A program made the translations under genes and the position numbers. Positions 1 through 8,053 of a stretch of DNA of 36,891 bases are shown here, in pieces; the stretch's first letter is position 1, and each line of letters opens with the position of its first letter. Below the pieces are notes generated by a model. The model was not told the DNA's origin and ran no database searches. It saw nothing but the letters and a program-made list of their open reading frames with translations. Source of the stretch: Bacteroidales bacterium (GTDB lineage: Bacteria; Bacteroidota; Bacteroidia; Bacteroidales; CAIWKO01); the NCBI GenBank assembly GCA_035389045.1, contig DAOORA010000044.1, positions 1 to 36,891 on the forward strand, in the 5' to 3' direction.

Positions 1-1013
1 GTTTTTCTTCCAAATACAAAAAGGCGGCAAACGTAGATAATAATCTATTAATCAATGCTATAGATATTTCGAGGCTTAAGGCAAAGATCGGTGCGCCGTA
101 TAATATAACAAAAAACTTTCCCAGGGGTAATTGGGTTTCTCTGGATAAGTTGGTCAGCATATCAGGGTCAGATGTCGTGCTTAATCTGGAGACCATCTGT
201 TACGGCGATTATAATGCTTCAAGTGTAAAATACAGGGATTCACTGGTGAACTGGAATGCAGGAAAATCCATAGAGAAAAACATTATTTTGTTTGCTGACG
301 ATTATGTCACGACAACTGATCCTGCTTATTTTGAGCTGCCTTTACGCATCAGTTCAACAGTAAAGGACTTTTCGGCCCTGGGTTTAGAACTGCATTATGC
401 AGTCAATGATTTTAAGCTGGTCAGCGCTTCGATGTCACATACAGGTAAAAACCAGGTGGTGAAGATCAATCCGACCCTGGAGGAGATCATTGCCGATGAT
501 AATGACCTGTTGGTGACCGGCGAAGACGGCGTTATCAGGGTAGTATATGCAACAACCCGTCATTTTGATGTGGCTGCCGGCGATGAAGTCATCAGGCTGG
601 GATTCCGCCCGATGAAGGATATGTCTCAAGGCATACTTGATTTTGAACTGTCCGGAACAGGCATATTCGGTGACCAATACGGCGAAGAGCAGGAAGACAC
701 TTACCTCATCATACCAAAGATACTGGTTCAGGGCAACAGCGCTGAAACGGGTTTTGACTTATCAGGTTATCCCAACCCGTTTAATGGTCATGCCATACTG
801 AATTATTGTTTGCCGGAAGATGGTAACGTTAAGATTAGTGTTTATAACACTCTTGGCGAACGTGTTTGTGTACTTATTAATGAATCTCAGGCAGTTGGAA
901 AACATACCGCTGAATTTATATGTGGCGAACTTGCTCAGGGTATGTACACGTTTAAACTCGATTTTACCGGTGTAAACAAATCAAAATGCCTGATAATAAA
1001 GATGATACATTAA
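1..1013 (+). CDS. 5'-truncated large T9SS-secreted protein; visible part is dockerin-like + cohesin-like + T9SS CTD (paralogue of 8054..13717)
   Basis: Frame is open from base 3 (FSSKYKKAANVDNNLLINAIDISRLKAK...) into the listed 150..1013 ORF. It aligns without gaps to 12705..13717. Ends with YPNPFN...YNTLGERV...GMYTFKL, a typical T9SS CTD. Confidence 0.85.
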   Translation, partial: FSSKYKKAANVDNNLLINAIDISRLKAKIGAPYNITKNFPRGNWVSLDKLVSISGSDVVLNLETICYGDYNASSVKYRDSLVNWNAGKSIEKNIILFADDYVTTTDPAYFELPLRISSTVKDFSALGLELHYAVNDFKLVSASMSHTGKNQVVKINPTLEEIIADDNDLLVTGEDGVIRVVYATTRHFDVAAGDEVIRLGFRPMKDMSQGILDFELSGTGIFGDQYGEEQEDTYLIIPKILVQGNSAETGFDLSGYPNPFNGHAILNYCLPEDGNVKISVYNTLGERVCVLINESQAVGKHTAEFICGELAQGMYTFKLDFTGVNKSKCLIIKMIH

Positions 1014-1017
1014 TGCG

Positions 1018-1071
1018 AGTGATATGATGACTGCGCGCAGGCCTTGCGCAAATGGCCGTCATCCTATCACT
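1018..1071. repeat. REP-like imperfect palindrome family A (AGTGATATGATGAC...GTCATCCTATCACT)
   Basis: 14-bp imperfect inverted arms. Further copies at 1387-1462, 13736-13788 and a partial one at 13801-13816. Confidence 0.75.
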
Positions 1072-1084
1072 AAAATCCGCTCCT

Positions 1085-1365
1085 TACGCGCGCGTTCGCA
1101 ACGCGTGCACTAGAAACAAATACACTTTATAAATAAATGTTGTTAAAAAACTTTAGCGTTGCTTCAAATGTCAGAAAAATACAAAACCACCGAAACCGAT
1201 AAGAAATTAGTACCGCTTAACTAAGTGCACGGGCAGACAGTCTTGTTTTGTTATGGTGGATTAGCAGCAGCACTTGATATTGAAAAACTAACTTTGGAAT
1301 GTAAAACAGTAAAAAAAATACATCTTGAATTTTGCTAACAGGCACGCGTTGCGAACGCGCGCGTA
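1085..1365 (+). mobile_element. Internally deleted RAYT-like (REP-associated tyrosine transposase) element bounded by perfect 24-bp inverted REP-like repeats
   Basis: TACGCGCGCGTTCGCAACGCGTGC (1085-1108) and its exact reverse complement (1342-1365). Inside are ATG at 1168 (MSEKYKTTETDK) and a tail GGLAAALDIEKLTLECKTVKK, which resemble the N- and C-termini of Bacteroidota RAYT proteins (from recall). Confidence 0.55.
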
Positions 1366-1386
1366 CGGGGAAGCCCTGTTAATGCA

Positions 1387-1462
1387 AGTGATAGGATGGC
1401 TGCTCAGCAGGAGTTTCTGCGGAACGCACTGGTCTTGCGCTAAAGGCAGTTATCCTCTCACT
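1387..1462. repeat. REP-like palindrome family A, degenerate copy
   Basis: AGTGATAGGATGGC...GTTATCCTCTCACT arms, with a longer interior than the copy at 1018. Confidence 0.6.
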
Positions 1463-1857
1463 AACCAGGCTCATTGCACCAGATAAACCAAAGCTAAGGT
1501 GACTGAGCGAAGCCGAAAACACCGCCGTAAAATCCTCTGTTAACAAGGCAATGTTCATCATAAAGCCTAAACACTAATTTTTTCGTTAAACTTGCTTTTG
1601 GTTACATTTACCATTATATTTGTTAACTATTTTCTGGCTCCCGGTTTCTTTATTAATAAAATGTGTAGTGTCAGCACAATAAACATGGACAAAACATGAT
1701 GAAAAGAGGATTTGCTTTTTTTGTTTTATATTGATATATACCCTAATGAATTTGCTGACAAGAGTCTTTCCGGAGCCGTTATGCACAAATGCAATGCCTT
1801 TTCCGAGCTATAGTATGTCGTACAAACAAATATATTAATAATCAAAATCAAAATTTT

Positions 1858-4800
1858 ATGAAACAGTTTACCTATTACATGTCATTACAACTGATGAAAA
1901 TAAGATTCATTTGGTGTGCCGGTATTTTTATTGCCGGGTTTTTGTTTTTATTGAGTTTTTTGGCTTCAGGCCAGGGTGTACTCACCCAGACCACAGCGGC
2001 ACAGTTTGGTAAAGGGTATTTCAATAATACCACCGTTACTGCCGACAGAATTGCCATGCCTTATAAGGCCACAGCCATGAATTACTGGACACAGACCACT
2101 ACATTACCCCGCAGGGTGCAGAACCATCAGGCAGTAACCTGGAATAACTTTGTATATGTCACAGGAGGCCTGGATGTTGTTGCTGTTATCCAGGGTATTG
2201 AGAAGAGGGAAATATCAAGAAAAGTATACCGTAGCACTGTAAACAACGGTCTTGGCTCATGGACAACGATGGGCGACCTGCCCGAAGGCATTATGGAACA
2301 TGCCTCAGTAATTGCCAATGGGTATTTATATGTGATCGGCGGAATTAATGAAGATACCGTGGCCAGCGACAAGATCTACCGTGCGAAGATACGTGCCGAT
2401 GGCTCTTTACGCAACTGGGAACTTAACGGCACTAACCTGCCTATGCCCCTCTGGGGCCATACCGCCGACTTTGTCAACGGATATATCGTGATCACCGGGG
2501 GCAGCAACCAGGATGATACCACAGCCATCAATAATGTATATAGCGTCAGGGTGGAGCCCAACGGCGAGTTGACCACGTTTACCGCCCAGCCCTCACTGGG
2601 TATAAAAAGAAACCAGCATGCCACTGCAGTCTACGACAACCGGCTTTTTGTTCTGGGAGGATTCGACGAAAATAACGATATCACCAATACAGTTGTCTAT
2701 ACTGATGTTGACGTCAGCGGCACCTGTTCTGCCTGGCAAAGCGCGGCAAATTTGCCCGAACCGCTTTTCGGGCTCACGGCAGCCTGCGAACAGGGGAGAC
2801 TCATCGTCTCAGGCGGCTATAACGATACCCTGGGTTTTAGTGTGCAATATGCATACAATACTGATGTCACAGCAGGTACTTCATTTACATGGACCCAGTC
2901 TGCTCTTTACTATGTGCATTTTGCCAATGCGGAGTCTTTCATTACGGGTGGCTACCTGTATATGATAGGCGGCTTTGATATTTTCAATGTTACTATGGAT
3001 GCCTGTTACTTTAACCAACTGAATATTTCGGGCACTGAAAAACTGACCGAGGGTAATTTTTTGGGAGAAGTGTTCGACCTGGGTCTGAACCGGCATGTGG
3101 ACACACTCTACTTTGGTGGTGTTGACCTTGCCAATTATGCCATGTATTACAGAACCGCACAACATGCAGGTACCTGGGGCGCATGGACCGATATTACCAA
3201 TAATTTTGTTGTGGCCATCAATGCGAATATCCGCTATGTGCAGTACCTGTTTAATGTGACGGGCGCGCCCACCAATAATACCATTGCATTAGACACCGTG
3301 CAGCTGCGTTTTGCGGCCGTGCAACTGGCTGGTCATTATAACAACGAAACATGGACTCTGGCCAACAGCCCTTACTGGGTGAGTGGTGATGTGTTCATTG
3401 ACGGCACCGTGAACGTGGAAGCCGGTGTCAGCTTCTCATTCAGCGAAGGTGTTAAAATGGAAGTGAATGGTATTCTTAATTGCAATGGCACATCGGGCAG
3501 CCCCATTACCTTTACCAGCTTTACCGGAGAAGACGGCTACTGGAACGGACTGCATTTTTCATCATCGAGCAATAACAATATTTCGACCCTCGATTATGTA
3601 ATCATCGAAAATGCCGGCTTTGTAGGCCATGCCGGCCTCAACTGCTTTTACACCAACCAGCCAACCATGAATAACGGCACCATCAGGTATTGCACCAACA
3701 GCGCTTTGTATTGCGATAACGGTAGACCTGTATTTAATACACCCCTGTTTCACAATAACGAGAACTATCTCATCAGGCTCATGAATGTGAGCGGCCCCGT
3801 TTTTAATAATGAAACATTTTCTGCAAATGCCATCAACAAAGTTAAAGTGCTGGGTGGCACATTGGCTTACAACGGTTATTGGGACAATGTATGTGATGAG
3901 TACATCGTAGACGCTACTGCGAATACTTCAGGCTATACACTTGTGATTGAGAAAGGTGTGGATATGAAATTTGCTCCAAATACCGGAATAAATGTAGTTT
4001 GGGGAGCCATACAGGCCGTCGGGTCCCTTTATCCCGACAGCATTATTTCATTTACAGCTCAGAATGGAACTCCCGGAGGCTGGAATGGTATTTATATTCA
4101 ATACAACGGCGCTTCATTACTGAAGTACTGCAATGTAAGCCATGCAATGAATAATATTGCAACAAGTAGTGCTGCAAATGTTACTGTTGAACGGTGTAAT
4201 TTGTCTTATGCAGCAAACCATGGAATGGTCATAAGCAGTTCCACAAATGTTACTATTAATTATTCAGACTTTTTTAACAATACCCAGGATGGACTGTATG
4301 CTGAAGGTAACTGTCCAAACCTCTTAGTTAATAATAGTTCTTTTCATCATAATACACGACATGGAATAAGTTCGGGCTGCACATACATTTTGTTAAACTG
4401 TCATTTATATAATAATTCAGGTTCGGGTCTGGTATTAAATGATGGGAATACCTACCAGCCTCAAATCGAAAATGTTCTCATTGAAAACAATGTTGGCAAT
4501 GGTATCTGGGCATCCGACTGCTGGCCCGATTTTATAAATGTGGATGTAGTGAACAATGGCGGGCATGGTTTCCTGATGAATGCCAACGTATGGCTCGAAA
4601 CTTACAACCTGACACTTAGTGGTAATGCCACCAATGACTACAGGATAAGTGGCGGCAGCATAAATAGAGATATTACCTGGGACCCAGGTGATTACCCTTA
4701 TATCGTTATAGGATCATTTTCAGTTACAACCTCCCGGCTTACTTTATCTAAAGGCCTTACCCTTCAGTTTGCTCCCGGAACTTCACTTAATGTAGGCACC

Positions 4801-7800
4801 GTTTATTGGGCATCAGGACAACTGTGGGCTGAAGGTGTTAACCACCCGGACAGCGTAATAACCTTTACCGCCCTTAACGGCCAGCCGGGCGGATGGGATG
4901 GTATAGTATTCCACGGCTATACCTCATCATCGCTTCTAAAATATTGCATAATTGAAAAGGCAGTAAACATTAACGTTAGCGCTCCGCAGAATAGTGTCTC
5001 CGTCGAATATTGCACCATAAAGAATGCTGGCGGTAACGGTATTACTTTTAACAATTCCAATAACCGGATCGACCACTGTGAAGTCTTTGGTAATGCCGGA
5101 AATGGTATTGAAATATACGGTTCAGCGTTGATTACCAATTCTCATATATACAATAATACCGGTACCGGACTCCGGCTTAACGATGGAAACGTCTGGGAGC
5201 CACAGATTGAAAATGTGGTGATCGAAAACAACCAGGGCCATGGTATCTGGGCAACCGACTGCTGGCCCGATATTATTAATGTTGATGTGTTCAATAATAC
5301 CGGGCATGGGTTCCTGATGAATGCCAATGTATGGCCGGAAGCTTATGACCTTGTCATGAGCGGCAATGCTACCAATGATTACAGAATAAGCGGCGGGAGC
5401 GTTGCACGAAACATTACCTGGGAACCCGCTGATTATCCGTATATCGTTATTGGAGCATTCTCTGTTTACAGTGGCAGACTGACGTTATCAAAAGGTCTGA
5501 CACTTCAGTTTGCTCCCGGAACTTCAATTAATGTGGGCCCCGCTTATTGGGCATCAGGACAACTGTGGGCAGAAGGTGTTAATCACCCGGACAGCGTAAT
5601 AACCTTTACCGCCCTTAACGGCCAGCCGGGCGGATGGGATGGTATAGTATTCCACGGCTATACCTCATCATCGCTTCTAAAATATTGCATAATTGAAAAG
5701 GCAGTAAACATTAACGTTAGCGCTCCGCAAAATAGTGTCTCCGTCGAATATTGCACCATAAAAAATGCTGGCGGTAATGGTATTTCTTTTTATAATTCAA
5801 ATAATCTGATTGACCACTGTGAAGTTTTTGGTAATGCCGGAAACGGCCTGGAAGTATATGGTTCAGCATTGATTACCAACACTCATATATACAATAATAC
5901 CGGCACAGGACTCAGGCTTAACGATGGATCTGCCTGGGAGCCACAGATTGAAAATGTGGTGATCGAAAACAACCAGGGCAATGGTATTTTGGCAACAGAC
6001 TGCTGGCCTGATTTTATTAATGTTGATGTTTTAAATAATACCGGCCATGGTTTCCTGATGAATGCCAATGTAATGCCGGAAGCGAATGACCTTGTCCTGA
6101 GCGGAAATGCTACCAATGATTACAGAATAGACGGCGGCAGTATTGTGCGAAATATGACGTGGGAGCCGGCTGATTACCCTTATATCGTTATCGGGGCATT
6201 TTCTGTTAACAATGGCCGACTGACTTTATCTAAAGGCCTAACTCTGTCCTTTGCCCCCGGAACATCAATTAGTGTTGGCAACGCTTATTGGGCATCCGGA
6301 TCATTATGGGCCGAAGGTGTTAACCATCCCGACAGCTTAATAACATTTACGGCGCTGAACGGTCAGCCCGGCGGTTGGAATGGCATCAGTTTCAACAGTT
6401 ACACCGGACCTTCACTTTTAAAATATTGTACTATTGAAAAGGCTCAATCTGCAAATATTTCAGTAAACTACACCTCTGCTCCTGTATTTTCAAACTGTCT
6501 GATTTCACAATCAACAGGATACGGTATTTACTCGTGGTATGGTGCCTATAGGCTTTCGAATAGCAGGGTGGTAAACAATCAGAACAACGGCATTTTTATA
6601 GGAGGAAATCCGGTACCAACAATTGGAGATACGCTCGGAAAAGGGAACGACATTTTCAATAACTATCAGTATGAAATATATAATCAAAGTACAAGCAATG
6701 TGTATGCCCGCCATAATTTCTTTAATGTACCCGACCTTAATACAGCAGGCATGCGCATTTATGACAATGCCGACAATCCAAGCTATGGTATTGTAATGAT
6801 TGATCCTATGTCGTCTTCAAGCTGCCTGGCCGGCAATTGGTTTGTGAGTGCACTTGCCCGATATCATAACAATGATTCCACCGCTATGAACAATGTGACA
6901 GTTGTATTACGAGACAACCTCAATGCACCGGTCGACAGTTGTTTAACAAGCCCTGAAGGATTTTCCACCTTCAACGGTGTTGCCAACGGCAATTATTCAC
7001 TGAGCGGCTCAACAGGTAAACCGTGGGCCGGGGTGAACGCCACCGATGCCCTGCTGGTGATGCAGCATTATGCGAGTGTTATTAATCTCACAGGCATAAG
7101 GTTACTTGCCGGCGATGTAAATGCGAGCAGTTCCGTAAACAGTACGGATGCTTTAGCTATTCTGCAGCGTTTCGCACATATCACCAACAGCTTCCCCGCC
7201 GGCGACTGGGCTTTCCAGTCCGAAACAAGCCCGCTCGTCATCAATGACAACAGCTTGAATACCAAATACTGGGCGCTCTGTTACGGAGATGTCAACGGTT
7301 CTAATGTGCCCGGGGGCAGCAAATCGACCCCGCTTATCACGCTCAGCAGCGGCGGTCAGCTGGTTGCGGATGATATACATGTCAGCCTTCCGGTCTATTA
7401 CAACAATACTTCGCCGGTAGGCGCCGTGTCACTGCGGATCGCATACCCCTCAACGTATATTACCATTACAGGGGTAAGCGTCAATAACTCCACCAGCAAT
7501 GTGATATACCATACCGGCGACGGGGTGCTGAGCATAGCCTGGTGTAACCTTACACCCTACATGCCCGGCAGCGGCAACCCGCTGCTGAACATACAGTTTA
7601 CCATAAACGACGCGGCAGTGTTTAACAGCGGTCTTCAATTATCGCTCACAGGCGATAATGAACTGGCCGATAACAATGCTCAATCTATTGATAATGTCAG
7701 CCTTACTTATCCTGAAATTGTATCGCAACTGACGCAGATCGGACAATCACTGACGGCAACATTTGGCGCCTGGGTAAACCAGAACAGCGAAAACGGCACC

Positions 7801-8022
7801 TCTGTCTCCTATCAGTTGCCTGAAGATGGCCGTATAACTATTGATCTGTTCAGCATCAATGGAGCATTATGCGAAAAAATTCATACAGGTAGTTGCAAAG
7901 CCGGAGTTTATACTTACAACCTCAGTCAGCGCAAACTAAGCAAAGGTATATATTATATAAAACTGCATTTCACAGGATCCGACACCCAAAAGGAATTGAT
8001 GGTGAAAGTACCTGTGCTTTAA
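1858..8022 (+). CDS. Large T9SS-secreted protein: signal peptide, Kelch beta-propeller, repeated right-handed beta-helix modules, CnaB/carboxypeptidase-regulatory-like, dockerin-like, cohesin-like, T9SS CTD
   Basis: About 6 Kelch repeats (YVTGG, YVIGG, VITGG, FVLGG, IVSGG, YMIGG with spaced W). Asn-rich PbH1 coils (N..G.GI) with PITFTS...W.GI motifs. Dockerin-like AGDVNASSSVNSTDALAILQ; cohesin-like VSLPVYY...VGAVSLRIAYP; CTD GIYYIKL. Start placed at ATG 1858 after an AT-rich leader rather than at 1789. Confidence 0.85.
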   Translation: MKQFTYYMSLQLMKIRFIWCAGIFIAGFLFLLSFLASGQGVLTQTTAAQFGKGYFNNTTVTADRIAMPYKATAMNYWTQTTTLPRRVQNHQAVTWNNFVYVTGGLDVVAVIQGIEKREISRKVYRSTVNNGLGSWTTMGDLPEGIMEHASVIANGYLYVIGGINEDTVASDKIYRAKIRADGSLRNWELNGTNLPMPLWGHTADFVNGYIVITGGSNQDDTTAINNVYSVRVEPNGELTTFTAQPSLGIKRNQHATAVYDNRLFVLGGFDENNDITNTVVYTDVDVSGTCSAWQSAANLPEPLFGLTAACEQGRLIVSGGYNDTLGFSVQYAYNTDVTAGTSFTWTQSALYYVHFANAESFITGGYLYMIGGFDIFNVTMDACYFNQLNISGTEKLTEGNFLGEVFDLGLNRHVDTLYFGGVDLANYAMYYRTAQHAGTWGAWTDITNNFVVAINANIRYVQYLFNVTGAPTNNTIALDTVQLRFAAVQLAGHYNNETWTLANSPYWVSGDVFIDGTVNVEAGVSFSFSEGVKMEVNGILNCNGTSGSPITFTSFTGEDGYWNGLHFSSSSNNNISTLDYVIIENAGFVGHAGLNCFYTNQPTMNNGTIRYCTNSALYCDNGRPVFNTPLFHNNENYLIRLMNVSGPVFNNETFSANAINKVKVLGGTLAYNGYWDNVCDEYIVDATANTSGYTLVIEKGVDMKFAPNTGINVVWGAIQAVGSLYPDSIISFTAQNGTPGGWNGIYIQYNGASLLKYCNVSHAMNNIATSSAANVTVERCNLSYAANHGMVISSSTNVTINYSDFFNNTQDGLYAEGNCPNLLVNNSSFHHNTRHGISSGCTYILLNCHLYNNSGSGLVLNDGNTYQPQIENVLIENNVGNGIWASDCWPDFINVDVVNNGGHGFLMNANVWLETYNLTLSGNATNDYRISGGSINRDITWDPGDYPYIVIGSFSVTTSRLTLSKGLTLQFAPGTSLNVGTVYWASGQLWAEGVNHPDSVITFTALNGQPGGWDGIVFHGYTSSSLLKYCIIEKAVNINVSAPQNSVSVEYCTIKNAGGNGITFNNSNNRIDHCEVFGNAGNGIEIYGSALITNSHIYNNTGTGLRLNDGNVWEPQIENVVIENNQGHGIWATDCWPDIINVDVFNNTGHGFLMNANVWPEAYDLVMSGNATNDYRISGGSVARNITWEPADYPYIVIGAFSVYSGRLTLSKGLTLQFAPGTSINVGPAYWASGQLWAEGVNHPDSVITFTALNGQPGGWDGIVFHGYTSSSLLKYCIIEKAVNINVSAPQNSVSVEYCTIKNAGGNGISFYNSNNLIDHCEVFGNAGNGLEVYGSALITNTHIYNNTGTGLRLNDGSAWEPQIENVVIENNQGNGILATDCWPDFINVDVLNNTGHGFLMNANVMPEANDLVLSGNATNDYRIDGGSIVRNMTWEPADYPYIVIGAFSVNNGRLTLSKGLTLSFAPGTSISVGNAYWASGSLWAEGVNHPDSLITFTALNGQPGGWNGISFNSYTGPSLLKYCTIEKAQSANISVNYTSAPVFSNCLISQSTGYGIYSWYGAYRLSNSRVVNNQNNGIFIGGNPVPTIGDTLGKGNDIFNNYQYEIYNQSTSNVYARHNFFNVPDLNTAGMRIYDNADNPSYGIVMIDPMSSSSCLAGNWFVSALARYHNNDSTAMNNVTVVLRDNLNAPVDSCLTSPEGFSTFNGVANGNYSLSGSTGKPWAGVNATDALLVMQHYASVINLTGIRLLAGDVNASSSVNSTDALAILQRFAHITNSFPAGDWAFQSETSPLVINDNSLNTKYWALCYGDVNGSNVPGGSKSTPLITLSSGGQLVADDIHVSLPVYYNNTSPVGAVSLRIAYPSTYITITGVSVNNSTSNVIYHTGDGVLSIAWCNLTPYMPGSGNPLLNIQFTINDAAVFNSGLQLSLTGDNELADNNAQSIDNVSLTYPEIVSQLTQIGQSLTATFGAWVNQNSENGTSVSYQLPEDGRITIDLFSINGALCEKIHTGSCKAGVYTYNLSQRKLSKGIYYIKLHFTGSDTQKELMVKVPVL
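4400..6450 (+). repeat. Intragenic 741-bp (247-aa) tandem repeat, about 2.7 conserved copies plus a more diverged upstream copy
   Basis: RLTLSKGLTL motif starts at 4735, 5476 and 6217 (spacing 741). 4843-4988 is identical to 5584-5729. Confidence 0.9.
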
Positions 8023-8053
8023 TCTTTTTATATAAATATATACCCCAATCACA

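Noticed and set aside
435..677. Duplicated minus-strand ORF (also 12974..13381)
   Set aside because: Antisense shadow of the duplicated cohesin coding sequence.
1014..1470. CRISPR array suggested by the palindromic repeats
   Set aside because: Repeats are inverted or irregularly spaced, without uniform unique spacers, and no cas genes are present.
1379..1786. Short minus-strand ORFs (60 and 66 aa)
   Set aside because: They overlap palindromic repeats and AT-rich upstream sequence, with no family-like features.
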